Shown here: one piece after another, positions 21,804 to 34,324 of the stretch
Numbering within the stretch: position 1 is the first letter of the stretch
Layout of the letters: each line of letters opens with the position of its first letter
Source of the DNA: Octopus bimaculoides
Taxonomy: Eukaryota
Assembly: GCF_001194135.2 (NCBI RefSeq)
Contig: NC_068998.1
Coordinates: 37,036,441 to 37,071,531 of the forward strand
Reading direction: 5' to 3'
DNA length: 35,091 bases
Notes under the pieces: model-generated
What the model was told of the DNA's origin: nothing
Databases searched by the model: none
Seen by the model: only the letters and a program-made list of their open reading frames with translations
Translations under genes and position numbers: made by a program

Positions 21804-22594
21804 TAATGAAATTTTGAATGGATATATCTGCGTTCCACTGTAACGGGGTTAAGACACAGTTTATCGCTATAGAATTTCGGCTCAGAACAAAAATGAACGC
21901 TTCGCCTAAGTACGGGTTTCAAGTATAGCAAACACAAAATGTTCAAAATACCATCTTTTTTTAAATCCGTTTCACAGTAAAATGTAATATGTAATGCTGA
22001 TGGGAATTTCTTATCGTTAATTAGGAGGCCATTTGCATCTGAGCGTAAGTCATTTAACGAGAATAACGTCAAAGTCAGCTGTAGCTGCACAAAAATATTC
22101 CCATAGCACCTTGATGAGCAAACTACATAGTGTCAGCTATAGACACGGATGCAATTCAGAACTGCCCACTTAGCAATCATTTCTTAACAAATGCAATCAT
22201 TTATGGAGATATGTTCTTATGAAAGAGATGACATTAAAGTGGAGGGCAGACTACCTATGTGAAGTCAATATCAAGATTCATTTCCTTCAAAATAAACCAT
22301 GCTGCCAATTTAATTCCTCAACAGAATGCATTTTATTTTGCACAATACATCAAGAAATAAAGTGATTATGTGCCTACGTGTTCAAACACATGATTGTTCC
22401 TAGACTTACGTAAATGTGAAGAATAGATCGCATAGTTTTCAAAAGTCTTCCAGTATTAAAACCACCTAAGGAACGTCTGATTGGTGAATAAACATTAAAT
22501 AATTAACGGAACTATAATACTTTTACGTATATGATAATGCATGCGTATGTCTGTTTGTGAATGCGTAGTGATTATAGTTATGAATCTATATTAG

Positions 22595-22704
22595 TCATCC
22601 TTTCGGGGTCGATAAATTAAGTACCAGGTGAGTACTGGGATTCATGTAATCGACTGGTCCCCCTCCCCAAAAATTCCAGGCCTTGTGCCTAGAGTAGAAA
22701 AGAA
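22595..22704 (+). mobile_element. SINE family A, 3' half (5'-truncated)
   Basis: CATCCTTTCGGGGTCGATAAATTAAGTACCAG...AGGCCTTGTGCCTAGAGTAGAAAAGAAT. Confidence 0.9.
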
Positions 22705-23500
22705 TTGATATCAGTGGCTCAAGCACCTAGCATTTTGTTAGGGAGCACTTTTCACAATTGTTATGTGATTTAGTTCGAATTTCCTTATTACACTGCTTTG
22801 TATATTAATTTCTACTTTTCAAATTTGTGTAAGCCCCTACCTCCACACATGTGCACATATGCACACGCACACACATACACAAAGACATACGCATGCACTA
22901 GCGCGGGCAGACACACACACATTGATAATAAGGAGATTGAAGAATTTGTTGATGGTTTATTCATAACAATTGTTCGACAATAAACCGATTATATATAAAC
23001 ATAAAGTTTGAATGTTCAAATTCTCCATCCTCCTTATTATCAATATTGTACTTTGCACTCTAAGTAGCCACGAAAATATCTGTAACATTGGATGGGAGTT
23101 AAAGGAAATATACCATAAAACACACCATCTGAAGGAACCAGCCTTTGCATTTTACATAGAGAAATTTGGTACCTGCCTGGATATTAGATTTCTCCTCTTA
23201 CTATATATATATAGCGAGAGAGAGAGAGAGGGTTGTCTGTATGTATAGTTATATGTTCTCTCATGGGAATGAGAAAACAGAGAGGCAGATTAAAATGTAA
23301 AAGTATTTTAGTAAGTTCACAAAGTTTCATGAAGTTCTGGACAAACTTGCACTAAACTTTTACTACGAGAAATAAACTATGAGGCCACCGCTGCTTATGT
23401 CATCCATCTAATTCCCATGTTCACATATAATTGAAAGCTACGTAAGTAAACCACAATGGAAAGTGCTAAATCAGGAAACTTTTAAGATTGGGCAAGACTG

Positions 23501-23502
<2 letters not shown>

Positions 23503-23559
<57 letters not shown>
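23503..23559. repeat. (TAA)19 microsatellite
   Basis: Direct reading of the sequence. Confidence 0.98.
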
Positions 23560-24295
23560 GGATATCTGTGGATGGCTAAACGTGATTTAAAACCGGAAAC
23601 GAAGGCTCTAATCTGAGCTGCCCAAGAGCTAGCATTAAGAACCAATTACATCAGATACAGAATAGAAACACGCCAGAAAGTGGTAAGTGGAGAATTTGTG
23701 GACAGAATGGTGAAACTGTATAGCATATTACTAGTCAATGTACGCCACTAGCCCAGACTAAATATATGAGATGTCATGACAATATAGCAAGGATTATCCG
23801 TTGGACACTTTGCAACAAGTATGGACTTGACAGAACAAAAAGGTAGTACGAACATAAACCCGAAGTGCGGCCATGAGATAGAGAATAAGAAACTAGATAT
23901 AGTGTTAATTGAGAAAGGAAGTAAACGATGCTGGATCATAGATATAGCAAGCCCAGCTGACAAGGTATGCTATAAGGAAGAAAGAAAAGTCGAGAGATAT
24001 GGCAGGTTAACTTGGGAGGTTAAGCAGTTCTGATCGATGAAAAAGGTGGATGTAGTACCAATAATGGTCGGAGTTCTGGGAACAGTGAGTAAAAGTCTTG
24101 AGATGTGCGTGGAACAAATAGGGGCTGCAATGAGGGTGGAGCATTTTCAGAAAACAACACTGCTTGGAACCGTTCGAATACTCCGGAAGGTACTCGAAAA
24201 TTAAGGTGTGTTACTTTAGTTGACTAGTAGTGAAGAGCTGGCATCGAAGTACATTTCCAGCATTAGAAGCTGTGCAAAGACAATAAATAATAATG
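23560..24295 (+). mobile_element. 5'-truncated decayed RLE-type non-LTR retrotransposon (R4/Dong-like)
   Basis: Translation across stops and frameshifts gives LKPETKALI*AAQELALRTN...WRICGQNGETV*HITSQC (degenerate CCHC knuckle)...KKLDIVLIEK..CWIIDIASP..KVERY..VVPIMVGVLGTV...LLGTVRILRKVLEN*, then a short 3' UTR and an AAT/GAT tail. Confidence 0.85.
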
Positions 24296-24489
24296 ATGAT
24301 GATGATGATGATTTCAATTAGACATAAAGTGTGTGTGTGCGTGGGGGGGGGGGGGGNNNNNNNNNNTGTGTGTGTGCGTGGGGGGGGGGGTATAAATAAT
24401 AATGAAAGGATAGAAAATAAAATAAAAATAAAGCATACACGGTATACACTGGAAAAGAAGGGAAATATGCATAAAAAAGGAGGAGGATA

Positions 24490-24593
24490 ATAGGGACGTG
24501 ACCCTCCTGATACAGGAACTCTTATTGGGATAATCGAGGAACCCCACTGTTCGAGATTTACCAGAGACCCTAGGAGCAAGTGCCCTGATGATG

Positions 24594-24649
<56 letters not shown>

Positions 24650-24730
24650 GGTGGTGGTGACAACAACAACACAAATAACATCATCACCAACAACAACAAC
24701 AACAATAATAATAAATGCTAATAATGATAA
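24490..24730 (+). repeat. Unclassified ~100-bp segment followed by (GAT)n-(GGT)n-(CAA)n-(TAA)n; possibly a LINE 3' end with tail
   Basis: GC-richer complex segment 24490-24586 running directly into a (GAT)n tract; LINE origin is inference. Confidence 0.4.
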
Positions 24731-25228
24731 CAAAATAAGCGGAATCTACATTGTGTATGTTTCAATAGTGGTAGTGTAAGCGAACGAGAGCCAAGCTAAC
24801 CTGATGAAAACGAGCATCGATTTATCGTCCAATACACTGTACATAAATGGACACTCGGTTATGCAAAACCAGCTTATAAAAAAGATAACGTCTGCTGATA
24901 ATGTAATGGTTATGTAATCAAAATTGTTAGATTTATCTACTTGCGATAAATCCTTTCGCATCGTTAACACTCTGTCTACGAATCAAGCCAGTTTCCTTCC
25001 TTTTATTTTTGGTGTTTATGAAGCAGCATATATTGAGCTGTGTTTTTCTCTTTTAAATGTAGATTTTGTTATGTTAACTGTTTATTAATAAAGTGGAATA
25101 AAATTATTGGTTGTGTATGTTTTGTCTAACATGACAAGAATATCAATAGGCATTTGCATTTAGGATATTCGCTCCTCGTCCTTCTCATTCTTTCGATATA
25201 TAAATACATACGAATATATAAATGGATT

Positions 25229-25268
<40 letters not shown>

Positions 25269-25984
25269 TTGGGGTGTATGTGTGAGTGTAGAAAGAGAGA
25301 GTGAAGCAAAGAGAAAGGGTTTTATTTATTCAAGCTTTTGTTTTAATTATAGTTGCTTAATCTATAATATGCATACATAGAAATGTATATTTAGAACCAT
25401 CAAACTATATATATGTACGTACGTACGTGCGTATGTACGTATGTATGTATGTATGTATGTATGTATTTTTGCATGTAAGTATGTATGTATGTATATAGAT
25501 AGACATGTAGATAAATAGGTAGGTAGATATGTATATATGTGTGTGTATGTGTTTATGTATGTATATGCATATACATGCGCTTCCTACATATATATGCATA
25601 TACATAGACATAGGCTTACATGCAAGCTCTCGCACGCATATGCATGTATTTATGTTCTTGTGAATATATCTGTTGTTTAAACGACACCAAACACAGTCTG
25701 CATTCGCACTGAGTACGATGGCTATTTTTAATGGTACAGGAACGATCAGTATAATCAAATAGTTAAAACATAACTTGAACACACTCTATTAGATACCTCC
25801 GTACTATCATCGAAGTTATAGTTTCATTAAAATGATGTTAGTAATATGTGATCAGCTGGCTTCTGTCAATACGGGATGTGTGATTTTAATAGATTTACTT
25901 TAGCAGGAGCAAAGATACTTAGCATAGCTCTTGTAGTTGTTGTTATTGTTGTTAATGAATATTTTTCAGAGCAATAGGTATAGG

Positions 25985-26135
25985 CGCGGGGTGTGTGGCA
26001 TAGTGGTTAAGTTGCTGCACTCATGATAGCATGATCGCAGTTTCGATTCTCGGACTGGGTGTTCCGTTGAGTTCTTCAGGAAAACACTGCATTTCACATT
26101 GATTCGCAGCATTCAGCTGTAAATAAGCAACTCAG
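25985..26135 (+). mobile_element. Old tRNA-derived SINE (third family)
   Basis: A-box-like TGGCATAGTGGTTAAG and B-box-like GTTTCGATTC, followed by a core-like segment ...CACTGCATTTCACATTG...CAGCTGTAAATAAG; no foldable full tRNA. Confidence 0.65.
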
Positions 26136-27062
26136 CGGCAGATTAGGGCACCGTTTAGCGGGGTATGCTGTCATCTCGGTCACTTATAGGCCAGTAAAAG
26201 CCAGTAACCGACCTTATGAATCACGGGGCATTACTTAGTAATAAATATGCGCATGAATCTATGATTAAGAAGGGTGCGTCGTTAACACGTAGTATTAGGT
26301 TCAATGCGACTGCGCGGAAACTTGGGCAAGTAGCATCAACCAGAGGAAATTTTTCCTGGATGCTATCCTGATTGAATAGCATGTTGTTATATAAACCGAG
26401 AATTGTTGATTTCTACAATTTCCATACGAAATGAAAAAAAAAAGTCCTGAGTGCTAATAGTGATTCTTATCAACAAGGCAAGGGACAGAAATCTGAATTT
26501 ACTTTCTTTCTAAAGTAAATGGTTGCCATTGATAGGGAATGAGTTTTGTGTCTGGTAAGAAGAGTCATACATTCGGAGAGATGTTGATCTTATAAGTCTT
26601 CCTCTAATACATACTAATCAGATCTTAGAACGACTGTCTGGTTGTACCGCAGTCACCGTTTGATAATTCCACAGTGGGTGGACATCATATACGCATGCAA
26701 ATGCACATACATACACCAAACACACATTGATGTAGATATTCAATGTGTGTGTGTACGTATTTCGCCATATATCTTCATCAGTTTTATATTTGGTTGCTTT
26801 TGCCTTGTGAATGTTTGTATACAGATATGTCTATGCATGTATATATTTTTAAATGCACTCATACACTGTATATAAGTATATAAGTTTATATGTATGTATA
26901 GGAAAAATAAGAATAAACTCAAGTTTATATAAAAAAAAATACCTACGCGCTTTTCATCATTATGTAGATAGATAGATAGACAGATAGATAGATAAATTTA
27001 TATATGTGTATGTGAATATGTGCTTATGCATATATATGTGTATTGTTAAAGTCTGTCATACC

Positions 27063-27102
27063 GGCCATGACGAAGGGAAATAGCCCTGAAACTCGAGTCG
27101 CC
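27063..27102 (+). ncRNA. Minimal type-I hammerhead-ribozyme-like motif (Penelope type)
   Basis: GGC-CA-TGACGA-AGGG-aaatag-CCCT-GAA-ACTCGAGT-C-GCC: core TGACGA/GAAA, 4-bp stem II, palindromic stem III, GUC triplet and 3-bp stem I. One deviation at C3. Confidence 0.55.
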
Positions 27103-27606
27103 TTTATATATTTATATTTATATATTTGATCCTTTATATTGAACACTCAATATTTCATCTACATTCAATACTTTCTTTCATGGTGCCATCCATTTTTATT
27201 TTATTTTATTTTATATTATATATTGTATATTATATTATATATTGTATATTCCATATTCTATACCCCACATTGGTTCTGCAGGAATATAAATAAAACATAA
27301 AAAACAGACAGTGTTGGAACTCTTTTAAACAAAATAATATATTCCTCTATACACAATCATACAAAAAAAACACCTTNNNNNNNNNNNNNNNNNNNNNNNN
27401 NNNNNNNNNNNNNNNNNNNNNNNNNNNNNNNNNNNNNNNNNNNNNNNNNNNNNNNNNNNNNNNNNNNNNNNNNNNNNNNNNNNNNNNNNNNNNNNNNNNN
27501 NNNNNNNNNNNNNNNNNNNATGTATATATTTATGTGTGTGTGTGTGCATATATATATATTTGTGTGTATGAGTATGTGTATGTATATATATCTATATATA
27601 TATATA

Positions 27607-27990
27607 TATATATATTTATATAAATGAGAATGTGTGTCTGTCTGTCTGTCTGTCTGTCTGTCGGTGTGTGTCTGTGTGAATCCCTAAAACTCGAGAACTA
27701 CACAACCAATTTCATTCAAATTTTACACATGCCTTACTTAGGGACCCGGTTTTGTTTTAGCTATTTTTTTTTTTAACTTCTTGCATAGTTCGAGCCCACA
27801 GCAACATCATATCTCTTCCACAGTTTAAGTATTACGTGTCAAAAGTGAAACAAATCATTCATGCCAAAAGCTTTCACTTTAAAAATGAAACTATTCCACT
27901 ATTTCACTATCAAAACTTAAACAATCGCATGTCGATACTGTAATGACAGATACTTTCACTTTAATGGTTTCATCTTCATACTGAATCTAC
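27607..27990 (+). mobile_element. Non-autonomous Helitron-like (DINE-1/Lep1-style) element, partial
   Basis: Starts TATAAATGAGAATGTGTG, then (TCTG)n, then CAACCAATTTCATTCAAATTTTACAC, resembling the microsatellite-bearing 5' block of such elements; no 3' hairpin/CTRR seen before the gap. Confidence 0.45.
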
Positions 27991-28554
27991 TAAAGTGAAA
28001 CTATACTCTCACATATATACAGGCATACATACATACATATATANNNNNNNNNNTATATATATATATATATATATGTATATAGATGTATATATAGAGAGAT
28101 AGAAAGAGAGAGAGAGATGTGCATGTATACATATAGACGTATATGTACACGCATATGTATAGATATATATATAGATATATATATATAGATATATATATAT
28201 AGATATAGATCTATATGCATACATGTATATGTATACATATGTGTAGATGTATATATATACAATTACATGTAATATCTACACATGTATGCACATATATACA
28301 TGCATACAGATATCTATACATATATACACCCATACACACACACATACACATGCACACAAACACATACATTATTCATTTGTTTTTTTATCCAAAAATACGT
28401 CAAAAGTACTGATGGATCTTTATGAAATTTGGAAATTATATTCTATGCATAACGGCCATAACCCCCATGAAAATTTATATATTTTTGATGTTGATTAAAT
28501 TTTAACCATACATATTACACACAAATAAAGTAAAGCACCTATTTTTTTAAAGTT

Positions 28555-28665
28555 TAGCATTTATTCTATTAGTGCCTTTTGTCGAACAGCTAAGTTAAGG
28601 ATATACACAACACAACACCGGCTGTCAAGTGATGGGATAGGATTAACAGAGCAAAACATATACAC

Positions 28666-28718
<53 letters not shown>

Positions 28719-28905
28719 CTATATATATGTGTGTATGTATGTATACGCCGAGCTTCTGCACAGTTTTCGATCATCAAATTCACTCACAATGTATTGATTG
28801 GTCTGAAGCTTTAATAGAAGACACCTGTTCACGGTGCCATGCAATGGAACTGAGTCCGAAACTGTGTGATTCCAATGCAAGCTTTTTAAATAGAGTCATG
28901 TCTAC
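28555..28905 (-). mobile_element. Bipartite SINE (B head, microsatellite, partial C tail), degenerate
   Basis: Head 28742-28905 (AATAGAAGACACCTG..GGTGCCATGCAATGGAACTGAGTCCG), TA/TG tract, tail 28555-28655 (TTTTGTCGAACAGCTAAGTTA..GGCTGTCAAGTGATGG). Confidence 0.75.
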
Positions 28906-31900
28906 GCCTTTTTATTGTGGCTCGATGTTTTTTAGTCTTGCGAGAATTATTCTATTGCTCATTTGCATAATAAATTTTTATGTGAAGTGTGTGCAATTTT
29001 ACTTGCTGTAGTGCTTAATAAAATCATTACGTTGGATTTGTGTCTGTATTATCCTATATTATGGTATTTAACTTTGTTAGAACACCCGTTGTTGGTTAAT
29101 GCCTGTTTTATTCTGTGAATTCCTTTATTTAGTACTTCGTTTGTGGTGTGGCAAATATATTCTCTTCTATTTAGGGATGTGGCCACTCACATTTTGTATG
29201 GATGTGTACCCTCGCTCTCTCCATGTAAGTATAAGCATTTTTTGTGCATTTGATATGACAGACGAGACGTATCTATACAAATAAATTCTCCACTACAAAT
29301 AAAATCCGACCAATACAATTGCACGATTTATAAACGTAAATTCTGATTTATTTGTTCAGACCAGTTAGGCAATCTCTTGCTACTATCTCTCGTGAGAAAT
29401 CAATATTTTCCTCCTTGTTTGTTTAAATTTAGTTATTACTCGAATAAAGCAGAGAGTTGGATTCATACTATTAATGCAAAGGCGGATCTATGCTTTGTAG
29501 ATTGAAGTTACATCCCTTTGCTCTCTATTTTCAAAATAACCACCATCGTCTGTTCATCGTTCAATAAGATATATAACAGTCAAATATTGGGGCCGATATC
29601 ATAGACAAGTTCTCTCTAATGTCTTGTTTTATACTTCTATCGGATATAATTATTTGAAAAGTTATGGGTTTGTGTAGGCAATCGATTTCTTTATTAATAG
29701 CGGGTTTTATCGGTGTATCAATAACGGTGGTTTCATGATCATTCTGTATTTCTATGACTGGTGTTAAGAAATATTGTAGTGTGCTTTACCAATGTATGAC
29801 TCTCTATTCTAATTCAGTTTTCTATATGCACGGAAACTAGCTATGTATGAATGTCTGTCCATCTCTTATCTACGTCCGTCCATCTTTGCAAACATGCATA
29901 CATATGTACGTGTGTATTTGTGTCTGTGCGTGTATGGGCAGATGTGTGTGATTGTATATCAGTCTATAAACAGACACATCATACTTAAATAAACACACAA
30001 TAAAACCACTACATCTTCCCAGATGAAAATTCCATTTTTGAATAGAAGACAGCTTCACTGACATATCTATTTAATAAGTGTGGCATTTTACTGAACGATC
30101 CAACATAAAATCTGTTCAGTATCCAATAACAGTTTTTTGTTGCTTCACGTGTGTTGTTGTCGAATCTGAAAACTTTGTGTTCTTTCACATATTCAAACCA
30201 GTCAAAATGTACGGTCCAAAGGGGTTGCAAAGTACAAGAAAATGTTGATCCAATGGTTTGGTAATTTGATGGTGCATGTATGTCTTTTCCAAGTGTTTCT
30301 GGCTGTTAGTTTTGTCTCTGAGAGACTGATCTAACCTTCAATTGTTTTTACTTTTAATCATGATGGTAGCCCACAGGTTCTCCGTGCCCTGTTAAGTGTA
30401 GGCTGAGTTTTAGTTGGCAGCTAGCATAAAACAGACTATAGTGGATTACATAATGTTTGTAGGACGTACAAACAACAACTTGACATACACAACAACGTGA
30501 ACAACAACCTAAAACACAATATTAACAACAGTAATAGCGACAATAGCAACACAATCGTCGATCTTTGCCGGAAAGACATAAAATGTGTTAGTGTATTTGG
30601 CTCCTTTTCGATTTCTCGGTAAAAGCCATTTAAACTCAGACAAGCCACGAATGTCTTGAAAAATATGCCATGTCATAATTTCCATTTCTGCTCTAGTATA
30701 CAATTGTGAACTTCTGCAATGAATCACACAAATCGGTGTTTCTTGTGACTGATGATGCTGAAGGCAATGATAGTGGTAAGCTGTCGTATTAAATGCTTTA
30801 CAATATTTTTGTTTCATTATCCTGAGTTCAAGCCGCATCGTGGTTAATTTTCCACACAGACCACTGTTGATAAATTATGCAAAAGGAATATATTGTTATC
30901 GATCTGAACAGCAGAACTTGTTCTTACAAACACAATCAATATACCGTTGAGTAATCGATATTACTAAAAAGATTAATTTGTTTTGTTTGCTTCTGATTTT
31001 TTTGATTTTTTTTATTCATGTTTCCCAGTGTTATACGATACGGATATTGTTACTATATTATTTGATCTTCCTACCGAGTGACTGATATTGTTATTGCTTT
31101 TGCTGTTATTAATAACGATAACGTGACACATCTTGTTGGTATCATCATTACACAATTTATTTCCTGCTGTCTGCGTGAGGGCCTTTTTAAAAACTTCAAA
31201 CTTCATTATATCAAATTTAATTGCGCAACCTGCGAACTAAATAAATAAATTAATTAATAAAAACCCACTTCATAATCAGTATTCTCCCACTTACTATATT
31301 GACATACTGTCCAGTACCATAAATTATTGCTTATAGAAGTGAAAAGATGTATATATATTTTATGCTTAAAAGACGCGTCGGCTACTCCAAGTCATTTGAA
31401 CATTGGCGAAACAGATGTTTTGTTATACATGACACCACGGATAATATTTATGTTTAAAATGTCAAGTGATCTCTTTTCTTCGACTTAACTGAGGAGACGA
31501 TACTTATGCCACCATTGTTCACAAAGTCTTCAAATGATGCAACTCTCTCTCCCTCTGTACTCCGCCTCTCTCTCTCCCTCTGTACCCCGCCTCTCTCTCT
31601 CTCATTCTTTGACGGAGCTGTTAACATAAAGGAGGAGTATGCTATGTGTTTGGTGATCTGCCATATGAGGAGCATCACTTATAGTCCTATGGCTGATTAT
31701 TTAGAGTCGACGCATTGTTGACTCTCACCATAAGACATAGCTGTTACTTTGACGAGACTCAAAATAAAATTCTTGAAAGTAACAAAACACTTGTCAATTA
31801 CACAATAAATCTGCTCACTGTCTATGCTTAGTAATTGCAGCTAAGTAGGTCTTGGTCGTTTATAATACACTACCTTTGCCATGATCACATCGTTACACAG

Positions 31901-33824
31901 ATCACAATAATGGAGCTATCTGTCTTTCATCCGGCAGGCCAATATCCTCCGGATTAAGCTATCTTTGACTGATATTTACATATAAACACTTGAATTTCGC
32001 GTCTATTAAGCAAATTTCTCATCTGAGTTAAACTGCTGTTATACACAGAAGCTAATGCATTTATGAATCGTGTATACTGCAAAGCTTTTCAGCGTATCTT
32101 CCTGGCTTATCAGCTAGAGATGTCACATACTTCTCATTTGTCTAACAAACGCAAAAGAAAAGAAACAGTGGAGATTGCTTTAAGTTTTTGTTAAAAGTAA
32201 TTATTTTTCGGTCATTTACCGGAATAGCTTCTATGTGTGACAGACGAGGCCATCTTTCATCAGCGTGTAGAATTGTTGCTAAGAAACTATTCGAATGGCT
32301 GTATCCAAAATACAATCGGTTGGTTTTCCACATATTCAGTTTTGGCTTTATTACCGTGGGAGATAGCTTCTTCGCTTTCTTATTCATACGATGTCAAGAT
32401 TGTTCTTGTTTGTCAAGGCAAAAAGATTTACTGTTCAACATTTGTTTTTCTATCTGCATTGTTCTATGCTGAAGATATTTAACTTTGTCTGAAATACTGG
32501 AAGGTGTTATTCCAACAATAGTGATGGTTATCTAAAAACATTAACACCTCATTTTCGAAATATGCATCTGTTTATCATAAAAATAAAAATCATGAAATAT
32601 TAATAAGTTTACAAGACAAATAAATTCACAATAACACTTGTAACATAGGTTTCGCTTTAACTACATACAAAACCAAGATTTTTCCAGAAGAAATATCTAT
32701 GGTCAATTCAATATTTGTACCTGTTCTAGGCAGCCAGGGAACACCTGCCTGTCCGTCCAATCTGCTAGAAATTGCATTCAACTATACATAAATTAGGCTT
32801 TACTATTCTGAAAAAAAAAAGATGCGTATCAACAGTCATTTGCTCTTATTTTATAAACAAGAGAGAGACATAGAGGCAACTTTGTTTCCGTTGCGACTTG
32901 AACGTAGACCGAGATAGTTTGAAGGTTACCTAAACACTGTAAAGATCATGTCCTTTCTCCCAGGAAGTGCCATAAACATAATAAAGTTGAATAGAATAGA
33001 TAGAATGAAGTGAAGAAGCATGTTGAAAGTATGAAGAAAATTTCTTCAGTTAAATTGATTCTTGTCCCAAATTGAGTAAATTAACACACAAGACTAAGTT
33101 AGAATCTACCAATATAGTAGAATACCAACAGAAACAAAATGCTGGTAATCTATAACACAAGCACACTTTTTTCCTTGAACGCATGGCATCTTTGACTATT
33201 CTGAGTGCTTCGTCCCCGACCAACCTATAAATCGCAGGTCTATTTTAACAAGACTGACGTAACAGGAACAACAACAGCATTTTGCTAAAATGATCGATAA
33301 CTCGACGTTTTATATCAAAAATAAGGTGAAGTAAAATAACACTTACGTCACTACTAACAAATATCAAGCAAAAAGAAAGAAAAAACAAATCTTTACAGTG
33401 AAATATTTCAATCTCATTCGTTAAAGATATATTTTCTGAAGAAAATAAGGATTTATCACCGTATAATAATCTTAAAATAGAGAGAGCTACAGTGATACGA
33501 TAGCATGATAAAATCTCCTTGAGATTTCCATAGTATATATAGAGATTAATGTGGAAATAAAAACCCCTGAGATGAATACACAAAACATTTCTTTAGGAAA
33601 AAGAATCGCTAGTATATATTGGGCATATTATTTTAGAATGACTAAGCATAAATAAAAAGAAATATTTTAGTAGAAGTAGAAAATGTTAAGTTGTGATGTC
33701 CAATCATGTCCCAACGACATTAACACTGAAAGTTAAGTAAAATTGTTTCCATGGAAGAGGGAAAGCGCCTCGCGATCTCAGATTTCACCTGATTCATTTC
33801 TTCCTTTATTTCTACTCATCTACT

Positions 33825-34285
33825 CTCTTTTTACCATTTTACCTTTTGCTTGTTTTAGTCTTTGGACTACGGCCATGCTGGGACACCACCTTGAATGGTT
33901 TTTATCTAACATATTGACCCCCCCACACACACCAGTACTTGTTTTTTAAAGTCTGGTACTTATCTTTATCGGTCTCTTTTTTCCAGTTGCTAAAAACGGA
34001 ACCAGCACCGGTTGTCAAGCGGTGAGGACTGACACAAAGATATATATACACCTGAGTGTATATAACAACACATAAAAACAAGCAAACATATATATACGTG
34101 TGTGTGTGTATATATATGTATATACATGTATGCATAAGACTGTTTGCTTTCAATTTCCACCTACCACGTCCATTCACAAAGCTTTCGTTGGCTCCTGGCT
34201 ATAGCATAAAGTAGTTAGTTATGGTGGCACGACCCCGGATCCATGTTGTTGGGAAACAAACTTTTATCCTCACGGCCACACCTGT
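33825..34285 (-). mobile_element. Bipartite SINE (B head, microsatellite, C tail), degenerate
   Basis: Tail 33825-34040 (CGGCCATGCTGGGACACCACC...CACCGGTTGTCAAGCGGTG), TA/TG tract, head 34138-34285 (GGCTATAG...CCCGGATCCATGTTGTTGGGAAAC). Confidence 0.8.
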
Positions 34286-34324
34286 AAGAAAATACTATCG
34301 TTATTGCTAAAGAAACAAAATAAC

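Noticed and set aside
21710-22090. 126-aa minus-strand ORF
   Set aside because: No recognisable motif, non-ATG start, and it runs into the piggyBac-like MITE.
23012-23248. 78-aa ORF with a signal-peptide-like start (MFKFSILLIINIVLCTLS)
   Set aside because: Hydrophobic starts are common by chance in AT-rich DNA; it runs into (TA)/(GA) repeats and has no homology I can recognise.
24329-24391. Direct duplication GTGTGTGTGCGTG(G)n on both sides of a 10-N gap; possible G-quadruplex
   Set aside because: Probably an unmerged contig overlap at a poly-G run.
25985-26060. tRNA gene
   Set aside because: A and B boxes are present but there is no complete cloverleaf or poly-T terminator, and it continues into a SINE-like core.
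33344-33356. Possible minus-strand microexon (polypyrimidine tract-ttag|TAGTGAC|gtaagt)
   Set aside because: Too short to distinguish from chance without RNA-seq.
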